From: Sulfolobales archaeon HS-7
GTDB taxonomy: Archaea; Thermoproteota; Thermoprotei_A; Sulfolobales; Sulfolobaceae
Direction: 5' to 3'
NCBI GenBank assembly: GCA_019704295.1
Contig: AP024596.1
Coordinates: 1,888,001 to 1,952,000 of the forward strand
DNA length: 64,000 nt
Below, one piece after another: positions 44,652 through 56,424 of this stretch (its first letter is position 1; each line of letters opens with the position of its first letter). The notes under the pieces are model-generated. The model saw nothing but the letters and a program-made list of their open reading frames with translations, was not told where the DNA came from and did no database searches. A program made the translations under genes and the position numbers.

Positions 44652-45074
44652 AAGCACCTTGTAGGCATAACTCAAAATTTGTTTATAAGCTTTACTATAC
44701 CAACTTATCGCCAAAAACCATAACATGAAAGAGGCACAGTGACGCAAGGCCTCTACTGACAATAGGGAGGTTGTTTTTTAGAGTTTAGCTCCAGGCTATC
44801 AGCCTTAATACGTAGTCTTAAAAAAGACGCAAAGGACAGTTTCCATGAGTTTTGAATTAGAAGTTTCCTCATATCTTAATAAAATTTGGGAAAAGTGCTA
44901 AGATGAGAGACTATTAATAAAGATTTTTATAATTATTACTTACTTAAGTATAATTGTAAGTAGTTCAAGGGAGTTTACAGTGATTACTATTATAAACCCA
45001 TTCTTTTAAACTAGAAAATAAGGCATTTTCCTTGTCCGTGCAGAAAAACGTATTAGTACATCCCCATTGGGCAT

Positions 45075-45347
45075 TCACATAGTATAAAAATCGTCAAATT
45101 CCCCCATATATTGATCGAGTTCAAAATCTACCTTCTCCACCTGCGCGGTTATAGGTCCTTGCTTTAAATATTCTAACAATTTAGTTAAGGCTTCCTCATG
45201 ACCTTCTGCAATAACTTCCACTGAACCGTCATCTAAGTTTTTAGCGTATCCCGTTAATCCTAATACCTTTGCCCTAGTATATACAAAATGCCTAAATCCT
45301 ACACCTTGGACATTACCATAAACCTTAGCCTTAAGCCTCCTTAACAT
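45075..45347 (-). CDS. acyP: Acylphosphatase
   Basis: [24 protein letters not shown] and GP. Confidence 0.95.
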   Translation of the reverse strand: MLRRLKAKVYGNVQGVGFRHFVYTRAKVLGLTGYAKNLDDGSVEVIAEGHEEALTKLLEYLKQGPITAQVEKVDFELDQYMGEFDDFYTM

Positions 45348-45356
45348 AGTGATCGT

Positions 45357-45408
45357 ACCTCAGAGTCGCTCCACTTCATCACTTATCAGACACCTCACCT
45401 CATCACAA
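45357..45408 (-). ncRNA. Box C/D guide sRNA
   Basis: Minus strand: C GTGATGA, guide GGTGAGGTGT, D' CTGA, taa, C' GTGATGA, guide AGTGGAGCGACT, D CTGA. All four boxes are perfect and canonically spaced. TATA-like CTTAAAA lies about 28 nt upstream. Confidence 0.88.
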
Positions 45409-45437
45409 TTTTTTAATATAGTGAAGGGTTTTAAGTA

Positions 45438-46529
45438 TTGATGATTAGAATAGCTATTGCAGGACTTGGTAACTGCGCCTCGATGCTAATTCAGGGGATA
45501 GAATATTATCGTCAACACGGAGAGGACTATTATGATGGTCTAATAACTCCGGTTATAGGTAGTTACAGAGTTACTGATATAGAGGTAGTTGCGGCTTTCG
45601 ATGTATCAAACAATAAAATAGGGAAAGACATATCTGAGGCAATATTTGAAAAACCCAACATAACCAGAAAAATAGTTGAACTAGAAAAGAAGGGAATCAC
45701 AGTATCTCCAGGCCCTGTCATGGACGGCGTGGCCCCACATATGAAAGATATTTTCAACCCAATAGAGTTAGCAACCCGTGATGACGTAATAGAAGAACTG
45801 AAAAAAAGCAAAGCTGAAATATTAGTAAATTTGCTTCCAGTTGGAAGTGAGAAAGCATCTAGAGAATACGCATACGCAGCAGCGCATGCAGGTGTAGCTT
45901 TCATCAATTCAATTCCAGTATTTATTGCTAGCGACCCGTCAGGCGAATTTCCCGTACTATTTAAACAGAAGAATCTGCCGCTAGTAGGGGACGATATAAA
46001 GGGGCAAATCGGGGCTACAATATTTCACAGGAGTATAACCTCGTTATTCAGAATGAGGGGGGTATCTATCGAGGAAACATATCAACTTAATGTGGGTGGC
46101 AATACGGACTTTTTGAATATGAAAACGGAATCAAGACTGTCTTCGAAAAGGGTAAGTAAAACTAAGGCAGTAACAAGTACCCTGAATAATCCAGAGGTAA
46201 TCGAAAACGAAGGTCGTGTAAGAATAGGACCGAGTGACTTCGTACCTTCATTAGGCAACACGAAAATAGCCTATATATATGTAAAGGGGACCGGATTCTG
46301 CGGGGCACCTATAAAGGTAGAAGCGTCACTCGAGGTTGATGATAAATCTAATTGTGCAGCTGTATTAGTTGATGTAATAAGGGCTACAAGGTTAGCATTA
46401 GATAAAAGGATTGGTGGAGCAATAAAAGAAATCTCGGCTTTTTACTTTAAGCATCCCCCTTTTCAGGCAAAAGATGACGATGAAGCGTATGAATGGTTCC
46501 ACAACTTCATCAATATGCGTAATATGTGA
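45438..46529 (+). CDS. ino1: Myo-inositol-1-phosphate synthase
   Basis: [36 protein letters not shown] and YFKHPP. Confidence 0.95.
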   Translation: MMIRIAIAGLGNCASMLIQGIEYYRQHGEDYYDGLITPVIGSYRVTDIEVVAAFDVSNNKIGKDISEAIFEKPNITRKIVELEKKGITVSPGPVMDGVAPHMKDIFNPIELATRDDVIEELKKSKAEILVNLLPVGSEKASREYAYAAAHAGVAFINSIPVFIASDPSGEFPVLFKQKNLPLVGDDIKGQIGATIFHRSITSLFRMRGVSIEETYQLNVGGNTDFLNMKTESRLSSKRVSKTKAVTSTLNNPEVIENEGRVRIGPSDFVPSLGNTKIAYIYVKGTGFCGAPIKVEASLEVDDKSNCAAVLVDVIRATRLALDKRIGGAIKEISAFYFKHPPFQAKDDDEAYEWFHNFINMRNM

Positions 46530-46776
46530 CGAGTTACCGGCCAGAAAGTTATGTGTATTGTGTGGTAGGGAAGTGTGCGAGAGACACTTTAATGAGGATA
46601 AAAAAATATGTGCAATTTGCAGTATTTCTCTATGTCAAATTTGTGAAAAACATCTTTCAATATCCTATTGTAATAACTGTAAAAGATTGATCTGCGACTT
46701 GTGCACGGCGAAAAACAACGGAGCTTCTCGTATATGCAAGGAATGCGTTACACTCTACGAATCTTCTCAAGCATGA
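46474..46776 (+). CDS. Cys-rich multi-zinc-finger protein
   Basis: Repeated CxxC/CxxH pairs (CVIC, CVLC, CERH, CAIC, CQIC, CNNC, CDLC, CKEC). The start is uncertain and it overlaps both ino1 and the ppsA end. Confidence 0.7.
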   Translation: MTMKRMNGSTTSSICVICDELPARKLCVLCGREVCERHFNEDKKICAICSISLCQICEKHLSISYCNNCKRLICDLCTAKNNGASRICKECVTLYESSQA

Positions 46777-49084
46777 TTTTTCTCTCAATACTCTCTACTA
46801 ATCTCCTAGTATATGCCACTGTGTCGGGATTTACGCTTATGCTATCTATGCCTTCTCTCACGAGGAATTCGGCAACTTCTGGATACACGCTAGGTGCTTG
46901 ACCGCATATTGATACGGTCTTGCCGTACTTATGCGCTGTTCTAATTAGCCTCTTCATTGAGAGCAGTACTGCTGGATCTCTCTCATCATAATATCCCATT
47001 CGTGCCAGGATTTCTGAATCCCTATCTACTCCAAGAGTAAGTTGAGCTAGATCGTTGCTGCCTATACTAAAACCATCTACAAGTCTAGCAAACTTGTCGG
47101 CTAATATTATTGCAGAGGGGACTTCGGCCATAATCCATACCTTGAACTCAACCCCTCTTTTTAGCCCCATTTCTTCAATTATAGCTAAAACTCTTTTTAC
47201 CTCCCATGTGGTCCTAACGAACGGTAACATTACCCAAACGTTCTTTAAACCCATTTCGTCTCTTACTTTCTTCACCGCCTCAACCTCTAATCTAAACGCC
47301 TTCTCGTATTGAGTGCTAATGTACCTTGATACTCCTCTCCACCCAATCATAGGGTTTCTTTCCTCTATCTCGAATTCCTCTCCTCCTATTAACCTCCTAT
47401 ACTCATTAGTTTTGAAATCTGAGAACCTTACTACAACCGGCCTTGGATAAATTGCAGACGCAACTAAGCTTATTCCCTCAGCTAACTTTTCTACAACAAT
47501 ATCTGGTTTACCGATCTTGATTAGATATAGTGGATGATACTTCACCCACTCACTAAAGATAAATTCTATTCTCATCAAACCTATTCCGTCAAAGGGAAGT
47601 GAGATGTACTTATTAATCACGTCAGGTTGCCCTAAATTCATGTATATCTTAGTCCCCGTAATAGGATAGTAAGTTACTTGTTCGGAAACATACTGTTTCG
47701 ATTCTTCAATTCTTATAGATTCTTCAAACTCTACGCGACCTCTGTATACGACACCGCGAGTGGCATCTACCGTAATTTCCTCCCCTTCTTTTATTTTTTG
47801 TGTTGCGTCCCTAGTCCCCACAACCGCAGGTATACCAAGTTCTCTGGATACTATAGCAGCATGACTTGTAATCCCTCCTTCATCAGTTACTATAGCTCCT
47901 GCTATTCTCATTACAGGTACCCAGTCTGGGTCCGTCATCTTAGTTATCAGTATGTCTCCCTTTTTGAAATCCTTGGCATCAGATACCGACAGGATTACTC
48001 TAGCCCTACCAGTCGCTAGCCCTGGACTAGCAGCCAGTCCTTTTACCACTATTTCAGCAGAAGAAGCTTTTGTAGATTGCGTGCCTGATCTTTTATTGGT
48101 AGTCCAGAAGGTTTCTGGTCTTGCCTGAACTATGAATACGTTTTCAGGAAACTGAAGTTCGGAATCTATAGCCCATTCTATATCCATGGGATGACCATAA
48201 TGCTCTTCTATTTTCTTTGCCATCTTAGCCAGCTCTATTGCCTCTTCATTTGATATACTCATTTCCTTTGCCTCTTCTCCAATTAGTGGAACTTCCTCAT
48301 TGCTTCCAGAATTCCTATTGTAAATCACCTTTAGCAATTTCTCTGAGGTTTTCTTCTCAACTATTTTTAACGAATCCTTATCAATAACTACCTCATCAGG
48401 AGTTACTTTTCCTCCAACCACTGATTCTCCGAGTCCCCAGTTCGATTCTATCACAATGAACTTTGTGTCCCCCGTAGCAGGATGTAAAGTGAACATCACG
48501 CCTGCGCTTTTTGCATTTACCATTTTTTGAACTACAACTGCTATCCCTATATTGGACGAATCTATGTTCTTCATCTTCCTGTAGGCTATTGCCCTTTCGT
48601 TATATAAACTGGCCCAAACCAATTTCACCTTATCGAGCAGTTCGCTTTCTCTTACATTAAGATAAGTATCTTGCTGACCAGCAAAACTGGCTTCTCCTAT
48701 ATCTTCTGCAGTGGCAGACGATCTTACCGCAACTAATACCCCAGAACTACCTATCTTTTGCTTTAACTCATTAAACTTACTCTGTATGGTACTGATAACT
48801 TCTTGAGGAATTTCAGAATTGATAATTAATTGCTTAATGATCATTGAAGCCTCCTTCTCATCCTTATTTGATAGAATTTGCTGTATTTTTTCGGCAATTT
48901 TATTATAATGAAGAAAATAATGAAAGGCTTTTACTGAAATCACAAAACCCGGAGGAACTTTGACTCCAAAAGACACTAATTCTCCAAGGTTTGCCCCTTT
49001 TCCACCGGCTATATCTATCATTTCTTTTTTAATATCTTCAAATGGGAGAACAAATTCCTCTTGCTTCTCAATAAGTGATACCAT
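46748..49084 (-). CDS. ppsA: Phosphoenolpyruvate synthase (pyruvate, water dikinase)
   Basis: [48 protein letters not shown] and ICGQ. Confidence 0.96.
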   Translation of the reverse strand: MVSLIEKQEEFVLPFEDIKKEMIDIAGGKGANLGELVSFGVKVPPGFVISVKAFHYFLHYNKIAEKIQQILSNKDEKEASMIIKQLIINSEIPQEVISTIQSKFNELKQKIGSSGVLVAVRSSATAEDIGEASFAGQQDTYLNVRESELLDKVKLVWASLYNERAIAYRKMKNIDSSNIGIAVVVQKMVNAKSAGVMFTLHPATGDTKFIVIESNWGLGESVVGGKVTPDEVVIDKDSLKIVEKKTSEKLLKVIYNRNSGSNEEVPLIGEEAKEMSISNEEAIELAKMAKKIEEHYGHPMDIEWAIDSELQFPENVFIVQARPETFWTTNKRSGTQSTKASSAEIVVKGLAASPGLATGRARVILSVSDAKDFKKGDILITKMTDPDWVPVMRIAGAIVTDEGGITSHAAIVSRELGIPAVVGTRDATQKIKEGEEITVDATRGVVYRGRVEFEESIRIEESKQYVSEQVTYYPITGTKIYMNLGQPDVINKYISLPFDGIGLMRIEFIFSEWVKYHPLYLIKIGKPDIVVEKLAEGISLVASAIYPRPVVVRFSDFKTNEYRRLIGGEEFEIEERNPMIGWRGVSRYISTQYEKAFRLEVEAVKKVRDEMGLKNVWVMLPFVRTTWEVKRVLAIIEEMGLKRGVEFKVWIMAEVPSAIILADKFARLVDGFSIGSNDLAQLTLGVDRDSEILARMGYYDERDPAVLLSMKRLIRTAHKYGKTVSICGQAPSVYPEVAEFLVREGIDSISVNPDTVAYTRRLVESIERKIMLEKIRRV

Positions 49085-49177
49085 AATATTCGCAATGGGA
49101 TATGTGAAACACTTAACTAAAAAACTTTATGATCTATTGAATATAATTACAAATTATAATTATGGATTATAGGTAAT

Positions 49178-49828
49178 CTATTTTGAGGGGCTCTGTTGAG
49201 TTGTAGTAGCGTAGGATGGTAAGTCGGGGAACTTCTCTTTCATTCTCTGTTCAGCGACAATCGATGCCTCATTAAGTATCTTCTTAGCTTCAGGAGATGC
49301 ACCAACGTACTCCAATGCTCCTCCAGTGAATTCTCCAGCTTCGAGTACTGCTCCCTGAATGGACTCCTCTAGTTCCTCTAGTTCAAGTCCTATCTCTGGC
49401 ATGATACCCCTCATCATGCTTCTTAGCTCCTTAACCACGCCTATTACAGGTACCAGATTCGTAAATACGTCACCAATAGTCGTAAATGTCTCTAGCCTCA
49501 ATTGAACCTGCTCTAGTGCTATCTGAGTGGCTATTAGTTGTCTTACTATCTTCCTGATCTCGGCAACTTCATTAGCATACATGTTCGCCCTAGGCTGATC
49601 TTTAGACATATATGCTTCAACAACTCTTTCGAATAATACTTTGTCTCTCTCCTGCATTTTTGCTACGTATACCTCGAGCCTGTTTAACATAGACCTTAGC
49701 TTATAATCTGCCATGGCCAGTCTGTAGCGTAACGGTTCGTGAGATTTGAAAGCTCCCTTTATCCTCTCACCTATTGTGGGTTCTTCCTTTCCATTCCAAC
49801 CCTTCACGAAATCATTCATATTTGCCAT
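49178..49828 (-). CDS. cdvB2: ESCRT-III cell division protein, CdvB1/B2 family (most like CdvB2)
   Basis: [37 protein letters not shown] and [11 protein letters not shown]. Confidence 0.85.
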   Translation of the reverse strand: MANMNDFVKGWNGKEEPTIGERIKGAFKSHEPLRYRLAMADYKLRSMLNRLEVYVAKMQERDKVLFERVVEAYMSKDQPRANMYANEVAEIRKIVRQLIATQIALEQVQLRLETFTTIGDVFTNLVPVIGVVKELRSMMRGIMPEIGLELEELEESIQGAVLEAGEFTGGALEYVGASPEAKKILNEASIVAEQRMKEKFPDLPSYATTTQQSPSK

Positions 49829-49892
49829 GAGTTATCTAAAAATAGTATTGTAGGGCGAGTATTTATTAAAGGTTTGACATGATATTACCATA

Positions 49893-50171
49893 ATGCATTT
49901 AGCGATACGGAAAATTAACGAAAAGCTCGAAATAAATAACGTCTCTAATGAGAACATTACTATTTTATCTGCTATAATAAAATATTCTACTGTATCAGAA
50001 TCTCCGACCCGTGATATTTCAAGAAGATACATCACAAGCACCTTAGATCTAAATAAAAATGTAAGGCCGGGAGAAAAAATAGAAATTAATGTTTTAGATA
50101 TACCGATCTCCGAGATATCAGTCGTTATAGGTTCCGGACTTAAGATAGTTAGGGAGACTTATACTGTTTAA
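49893..50171 (+). CDS. Small hypothetical protein
   Basis: 92-aa ORF divergent from cdvB2, with a TATA-like TTTATTAAA about 25 nt upstream. Confidence 0.55.
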   Translation: MHLAIRKINEKLEINNVSNENITILSAIIKYSTVSESPTRDISRRYITSTLDLNKNVRPGEKIEINVLDIPISEISVVIGSGLKIVRETYTV

Positions 50172-51591
50172 AAAGATGTTTATACTTTTCCACTTTTTTT
50201 GATATCTCGTCATCAGGCGCCACCTCTTCCGGCCATTCATGACCCACTTCTTCTTTAGTCTTCCTAGTAGCGTCTATTCCTAACCGGCTTCCTACTAACG
50301 GTCTTTCTGTAGTATGATCTAAAGAGTCAGCAGTGATATTATCGATAATTACAACATCCCTTTTCGGATCAACAGTAGTAGACAATGCGTAAATCACGTG
50401 ATTAAAGTCGTGAACATTAACGTCCTTATCTACGATAATCATGATCTTCAACAAACTGAGTTGTCCTACTCCCCATAGACTTAACATAGCCTTTTTACCC
50501 TGGCCCGGAAAAACTTTGTTGATGGAAAAGATACCCACTCCTGTAAATAGACCGTGTATTGGTAAGTTCATATCGACAAGTTCTGGTACTATCATTTTCA
50601 GAAACGGAAGGAATATTCTTTCTACTCCTTTTCCTATCCACGCATCTTCTAACGGCGGTTTCCCAACTGAAGTAGCGTGAAATATAGGTTCCTCTCTTGT
50701 GTAGAACTTTTCAGCTTTAAATACAGGGTAATAATCTGCTGGAGTATAATATCCTAGGTGATCCCCGAACGGGCCTTCAAGCCTAGTATCGTTCATGTCT
50801 ACGTAACCTTCTATTACTGATTCCGCAGTTGCTGGAACTCTAAGTCCATTCGTAAGTCGGAATAGTCTAACTCCCTCATTTCTCAAAATTCCCGCAAATA
50901 AGTACTTATCGATTCCTGGCGGGACGGGCGAGGCTGCAACAAAAGCAATTACTGGATCGACCCCATTCACAATAGCAGCAGGTATCTCCTTTATTCTCCT
51001 TTCCAAGTATCTTTGGGCAGTTATTCTACCTCTTTTAAGGGCCTGCCAATGTACAATCACCTCTTTATCCCCGACGATCTGCATCCTATATACACTTACG
51101 TTATGAACATTCGCGTCTGGATCCTGTGTAACAAGTAGTGAGAATGTGAAAAAAGTTCCTGCGTCCTTTGGCCACGTCCTCAATGCTGGGAAAGATTTAA
51201 TACTAAACTCCTTTCTCTCCTGAAATTGCGCCCTCGAGTTCTTAGGTAGGATCTTCCCTAAACCGATCATAGTACCCATGCTCTTAAGTTTGCTTTGTAA
51301 GGTATAGGGGGTTGATGAAATTGATGAAAAGAAGTTACTAGCTATTCCCTCCAAATCCCTCGTTCCGAGAATATTATAAATAGCCTCTACGGAGTTAAAC
51401 AAGTTAGTTACCATTTTCCATTCTGGATAATCCCTTATTTTAGTGAAGAGGAGTGTAGGAGCATTTAAATATGTCGCATTTCTGGAGATCTCTGCTATCT
51501 CTAAGTTTACACTTACCTCATCATTTATCGTTATTAAGTTGTTTCTCTCCCTAAGATAGGCTAAATACTCTCTAAGATCCTTAAATGTCAT
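50149..51591 (-). CDS. UbiD family prFMN-dependent decarboxylase
   Basis: [32 protein letters not shown] and GIDAT. Confidence 0.93.
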   Translation of the reverse strand: MTFKDLREYLAYLRERNNLITINDEVSVNLEIAEISRNATYLNAPTLLFTKIRDYPEWKMVTNLFNSVEAIYNILGTRDLEGIASNFFSSISSTPYTLQSKLKSMGTMIGLGKILPKNSRAQFQERKEFSIKSFPALRTWPKDAGTFFTFSLLVTQDPDANVHNVSVYRMQIVGDKEVIVHWQALKRGRITAQRYLERRIKEIPAAIVNGVDPVIAFVAASPVPPGIDKYLFAGILRNEGVRLFRLTNGLRVPATAESVIEGYVDMNDTRLEGPFGDHLGYYTPADYYPVFKAEKFYTREEPIFHATSVGKPPLEDAWIGKGVERIFLPFLKMIVPELVDMNLPIHGLFTGVGIFSINKVFPGQGKKAMLSLWGVGQLSLLKIMIIVDKDVNVHDFNHVIYALSTTVDPKRDVVIIDNITADSLDHTTERPLVGSRLGIDATRKTKEEVGHEWPEEVAPDDEISKKVEKYKHLFKQYKSP

Positions 51592-51705
51592 ACTTTTTGA
51601 TATCGAGTTGCGGTAATAAAATGTAGGATTAAAATAATATGCGTGGTTCCCACGGGGATGCGGTTCACATAATTGCCTTAGAGGTATAGCAGTGAGTCTC
51701 CCTAA

Positions 51706-53044
51706 GTGAGCTACTCCCTCCTGAAGGAGGAAGCTTCCTGCTTCATAACTCTACCTTGCCAGTACTGAAGTACTGGTAGAGGGCGGAGTTCCACAGGCAC
51801 TAAGGGTGGCTCCCACCCCGACCTACGCAAGATATTTAGAGAAGCATTATAGTCACGGTCAGTTACCCAACCGCATTTAGGACAAGTAAAGATACGGTCG
51901 TTTAAAGTTAGATCTTCCTTCACATATCCACATCTAGCACACGTTTTTGACGTGTTTAACGGGTTAACTAACAAAAATTTCTTTCCATACTTCTCTATCT
52001 GATATTTGATTATATCCCTTAGCTCACCAAACGATACATCATGTAACCTCATCCTCAGCTTCCTCAAGGACTTACCAACCAGCTGCTTAACGTTAATATC
52101 CTCCATTACCACAACATCGTAATTCATCGATAGGTACTTCCCTATCTTCATGTACACATCTTTCCTCAAATTAGCAAGATGTTCATATGCTTTAGCTAAC
52201 TTTGCCTTGGCTTTAAACCAATTCTTGGAGAGGAACTTCTTCCTAGACAATTCCTTGTGCAAATGCTTGATCTTACGGAGTGCTTTCTCGTAGAACTTGA
52301 AGTTGGGTAAATACTCACCATCTGAATTTGTTAGAAGCTTCTCAAGACCAACATCTATTACCACTACATCGTTAGTCTTCGGAGCTTGCTGGAACACATG
52401 GTCTTCCACTACAAATGATATGTATACTCTTTCAGACTTCGTTAGCTTAACTATCACTCTCTTTATCTTGTCCAACGTAAAGTCTCTATGGACAATGACC
52501 TTGAAGATGCCTAAGTGAGACAAACGTAGTACAAGCAGTTTCTTTTTACTCTTTCTACTTCCAATCCTTATTTCTCTGACGGATAGTATCTTCCAACCAC
52601 TTTGAGGATAGACAAGAGAATACCACTTGTGAACTTTCTTTTCCTTAGGAAAACGTGGTAATCCTTCGAAGAACCTCTGTCTTGCTTCATTAAAACGATT
52701 TGCTATTTCTTGTACCACTTGTGAATGGAGTTGTTTGTACTCCTTGTCTTGCTTTCTCAAGTCCAGAGCTAACTGTCTTAACTCCGTTTGTGTTAGACCT
52801 TTTCTATCTCTTTGGTAGAAGTAAATGTCTGCCCATCGTAACGTGTTGTACATCTCACATGTTAACTTGAAATGGGCTTTTAACACCCTCAAGGTTTGCT
52901 CGTCTGTAAAGGCACGAAAACTAAACGTTACGATGAACATTAAAAAAGTTAACATTTTATATTTAAAAACTTAACTACCAAGGGGACTATCCATCTCCAC
53001 CTTAAAAGCTGAAGTTTTCTGTCCCCTTTGAACCCCTTATTTTT
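51706..53044 (-). mobile_element. tnpB-only IS200/IS605-family element (IS1341 group)
   Basis: Left end with a GGGG..CCCC hairpin-like region (52981-53036) downstream of TTTAT. The right end closes at TAGCTCAC (51713-51706). No tnpA. Confidence 0.9.
51711..52940 (-). CDS. tnpB: RNA-guided endonuclease TnpB
   Basis: RuvC-I IDVG, RuvC-II MED, zinc finger CARCG...CPKCG and Ruv[14 protein letters not shown] are all intact. Probable start [11 protein letters not shown] at 52940. Confidence 0.95.
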   Translation of the reverse strand: MFIVTFSFRAFTDEQTLRVLKAHFKLTCEMYNTLRWADIYFYQRDRKGLTQTELRQLALDLRKQDKEYKQLHSQVVQEIANRFNEARQRFFEGLPRFPKEKKVHKWYSLVYPQSGWKILSVREIRIGSRKSKKKLLVLRLSHLGIFKVIVHRDFTLDKIKRVIVKLTKSERVYISFVVEDHVFQQAPKTNDVVVIDVGLEKLLTNSDGEYLPNFKFYEKALRKIKHLHKELSRKKFLSKNWFKAKAKLAKAYEHLANLRKDVYMKIGKYLSMNYDVVVMEDINVKQLVGKSLRKLRMRLHDVSFGELRDIIKYQIEKYGKKFLLVNPLNTSKTCARCGYVKEDLTLNDRIFTCPKCGWVTDRDYNASLNILRRSGWEPPLVPVELRPLPVLQYWQGRVMKQEASSFRRE

Positions 53045-53511
53045 ATAAAATGGGTCACAGTTTTGTGGGCTACCCTTCTTGGAAATATTTCCTTATAATC
53101 CATTTATAGGGAAATATAACCCTTCCGTCATATTAAGCAAACCGATATTATGCAGTAAAGACTACAATTTCGCTCTATATTAAAGAACGTTAGGATTGAA
53201 TACATGTTCTATGTTCAATAAAAATAATCTATACTTATTCAAATATATATAATCAAGCTTACTTTTGAATTAAAAAGTCATATCGTGTAACTAATGGATT
53301 AGCTTAGCAGAAGGGTGAACATTTCATGAGATAAAAAGGCTCTAGGTGTAAGATATTTCACTAGAGCATACTTATCTTAAAGACAGGATAAATTATACCG
53401 GTTTGGAATATATCAAGTTATAGCTATATGTCGACGCACTTATACTAGGAAACAGTCGCAAAATTCGTGCTATGAACAGAGTGTTAAGGATGAAAGAAAG
53501 GTGAGATTCTC

Positions 53512-54768
53512 TTGAGTATAGAGGTTATAAAAATTGGAGGCTCTGTACTGAGTAGGCCAAAAGATTATGAGTTAATAATAGATAAAATAAAGCAAGAACT
53601 TGCTAATAACGAAAGGTTAGTACTAGTGGTTTCCGCAACTAAGAACACGACGGATGATCTAATAAGGGCTTTATACGATAGGAAAAACGCTTCTCATCTA
53701 GTTAACTTGATTTATAAACGAACATTAGAACTTTTGTCAAAAGTAAGCACTGGAGACGTTTTCGAGAAAGCGTTTTCAGAGGTTTCTGAATTAGCTACTC
53801 AAATGGAAAGGATTGCATGGTCGTTAGCTGTATTAGATACGATAACACCGCGAATATCCGATTATTTTCTTTCATTCGGTGAAAGGATTTCGTCTGTAAT
53901 AATGTGGTCAGCCTTAAAGAGCGCTGGGTTGAGAGTCGCTAAAGTTCGTGATGTGCCCCTAATTACTGATAAAAACTATGGAAATGCGAGTATCAATGAG
54001 GAATCTTCTGCAAAAAAACTAAGGCAGTTAGTTACTATGGATGATAAAGTTATGATAGTTCCAGGCTTCATTGGTATCAGTGAAGACGGAGACTATACAA
54101 CATTAGGCAGAGGAGGTAGCGACTACTCTGCAACAATAATAGGTAAATTATTAGGAGTAAAAACAATCAAAATGATTACTGACGTTCCTGGATTACTTTC
54201 TGGCGATCCGAGGATTTTCAAGGACGCGCATACTATCCCGCAATTATCCTTTGAAGAAGCGGCTGCCCTATCTACATTTGGTGCGAAGAAGTTTCATCCA
54301 AAAACGTTTGATCCACTAATCGGAAGTGAGATTAACGTTAACATAGAGGGGTTATATGATAACGCGTATACGGTAGTAAACTCATCTATCCGAGATCCTC
54401 CACTTAAAGGAGTAGCCCTGACTAAAAGGCTATTCAATATCAGAGTTAATCGCTCTGACGTTACGTTAAGTAAATTAACCAGGGAGTTAAACACGATGTT
54501 TGGTAGTTTCCTTGGTTCTACAGTTAATGTAATAACAGATGAATTAAAGGGGGTTGAAAACCCAAGCAACGTAATAGGCGTTGCAGTAGTTGGTTACGGT
54601 ATTTCCAAAAAAAGAATATACTCAGAAATAATTAAAATTGCGTCTGACTACGAGTTATTCTCAATAGTTCGCAATTCCGATTTTATATCAACTTTTATAA
54701 TCCCTGAAAAAGAAGCGTTTGACTTCGCCTTACAAATTCACGATAAGGTGATATCTTGGATAAGATAA
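53512..54768 (+). CDS. ask: Aspartate kinase
   Basis: [31 protein letters not shown] and GAKKFHP. TTG start with an AGGTGA SD. Confidence 0.93.
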   Translation: MSIEVIKIGGSVLSRPKDYELIIDKIKQELANNERLVLVVSATKNTTDDLIRALYDRKNASHLVNLIYKRTLELLSKVSTGDVFEKAFSEVSELATQMERIAWSLAVLDTITPRISDYFLSFGERISSVIMWSALKSAGLRVAKVRDVPLITDKNYGNASINEESSAKKLRQLVTMDDKVMIVPGFIGISEDGDYTTLGRGGSDYSATIIGKLLGVKTIKMITDVPGLLSGDPRIFKDAHTIPQLSFEEAAALSTFGAKKFHPKTFDPLIGSEINVNIEGLYDNAYTVVNSSIRDPPLKGVALTKRLFNIRVNRSDVTLSKLTRELNTMFGSFLGSTVNVITDELKGVENPSNVIGVAVVGYGISKKRIYSEIIKIASDYELFSIVRNSDFISTFIIPEKEAFDFALQIHDKVISWIR

Positions 54769-55796
54769 GAGTCAGCATCTTGGGTTCTACAGGAATAGTG
54801 GGCCAAATAATGATCAAGTTACTAAATAACCATCCTCTTATAGAGGTAGTTAGAGTAAGCGCCTCGCATTCAAAGATAGGCTTAAGGTATACTGATGCTG
54901 TTCGTTGGATAGCCGGGGGAAAAATTCCGGAATACGCGGCGAACATGAGGTTAGTATCGACAGATCCTGAAGAACATGAGGACGTCGATCTAGTTTTATC
55001 CGCTCTACCCAATGAGATAGCGGAAGATGTAGAAGTTAAGTTGGTAAGAAGAGGGGCTACAGTGATCTCTAACGCATCTCCCCTTAGAATTGAAAGTGAT
55101 ATACCGTTAATTAACCCTGAAGTTAATTGGAAGCATCTTGATGCGGTGAAAATACAGAAAGAGACCAGAAGATGGAAAGGTATTTTGGTAAAGAATCCAA
55201 ATTGTACATCCGCCATTGTCTCACTTGTCTTAAAACCCCTAACATCGCTAGGGCTGAAGGAAATTTACCTCACCACATTACAATCCGTAAGCGGTGCAGG
55301 CTACAAAGGCTTACCGTTTATGGCTATAGATGGGAATATAATACCATATATAAAAGGAGAGGAGGAGAAGATAGTTGTAGAAACTAATAAGATGTTGGGT
55401 ACGTCATCTAATACCGGCATAGTTCCCAACAACCTCAAAGTATTTCCAACCTCTATTAGAGTACCTACGAAAATAGGTCATATGGCTATCATAAATCTCG
55501 TACTTAATGATGAATACGACAGCAAGGAAATAAAAGAGAAATTAACAAACTTCAAAGCTTTGCCCCAGGAAAAGAATTTACCTACTGCACCGGAGACACC
55601 AATAGAGGTTACAGAATTGGAGGACAGACCTCAACCTTCGCTTGATCTAGAGGAAGGGATGAAAGTGAAAGTTGGGAGAATAACCGTTAACAAAAACACG
55701 GTTAGACTAATTGCACTAGGAGACAACTTGGTGAGAGGGGCCGCTGGAATAACGATTTTAACCCTAGAAGTTATGAGAGAATTAGGATATGTTTAA
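54756..55796 (+). CDS. asd: Aspartate-semialdehyde dehydrogenase
   Basis: [25 protein letters not shown] and DNLVRGAAG. Confidence 0.96.
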   Translation: MDKIRVSILGSTGIVGQIMIKLLNNHPLIEVVRVSASHSKIGLRYTDAVRWIAGGKIPEYAANMRLVSTDPEEHEDVDLVLSALPNEIAEDVEVKLVRRGATVISNASPLRIESDIPLINPEVNWKHLDAVKIQKETRRWKGILVKNPNCTSAIVSLVLKPLTSLGLKEIYLTTLQSVSGAGYKGLPFMAIDGNIIPYIKGEEEKIVVETNKMLGTSSNTGIVPNNLKVFPTSIRVPTKIGHMAIINLVLNDEYDSKEIKEKLTNFKALPQEKNLPTAPETPIEVTELEDRPQPSLDLEEGMKVKVGRITVNKNTVRLIALGDNLVRGAAGITILTLEVMRELGYV

Positions 55797-56424
55797 TGCA
55801 GACTTTCACGTGCATACGTATTTTAGCGATGGTAAAAACTCTCCAGAGGAAATGATATCCTATGCGAAGCGTATAGGGATTGATGTAATAGCAATAACTG
55901 ATCACGATACATTTGACGGGGCTAAAAGAGTTTTAAAAGATGCGATACCAGGCATCGAGATAACGACTCAATACGGTCATGTAGTAGTACTGTGCATTAA
56001 ACCAGTACAGCTTAAGACTGTTCTACCAGAATTAATTGATAGTGTGGAAGAGAATAATTGCGTTGCTTTTCCATCCCATCCGTTTGATCCCTTAAGGAGT
56101 GGTATAGGAGACTTGGTGTTCGAATATCGTTTTCACGCTATAGAAGTTTACAACGCCAAAGCTCCAAGAAGTTCCAATAAAAAGGCTTTGGCGGCTGCAA
56201 AGAAATTAGGACTTCCCGGTTTGGCAAACAGTGATAGTCATGTTAAGTACGCTATAGGAGCCGGCAGGAACGTAATAGACATAAACGAGTTTGATGTTGA
56301 GGAGATTTTAGAGTTTATAAGGAAGGGTAAAACGATCCCAGTATCCAAAGGGCTAACAGTTAAAGCTAAGTTTGAAATAGCCAAATGGTATATAGAGAGG
56401 AAGTTTGCGAAGCATACCCGCTGA
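55789..56424 (+). CDS. PHP-domain phosphoesterase
   Basis: [25 protein letters not shown] and NSDSH. Confidence 0.9.
   Translation: MFNADFHVHTYFSDGKNSPEEMISYAKRIGIDVIAITDHDTFDGAKRVLKDAIPGIEITTQYGHVVVLCIKPVQLKTVLPELIDSVEENNCVAFPSHPFDPLRSGIGDLVFEYRFHAIEVYNAKAPRSSNKKALAAAKKLGLPGLANSDSHVKYAIGAGRNVIDINEFDVEEILEFIRKGKTIPVSKGLTVKAKFEIAKWYIERKFAKHTR

Noticed and set aside
44735-44775. Possible IS605 right-end relic upstream of the trp promoter, and a similar GGTTCAC word at ~51650-51668
   Set aside because: The similarity is too short and degenerate to support.
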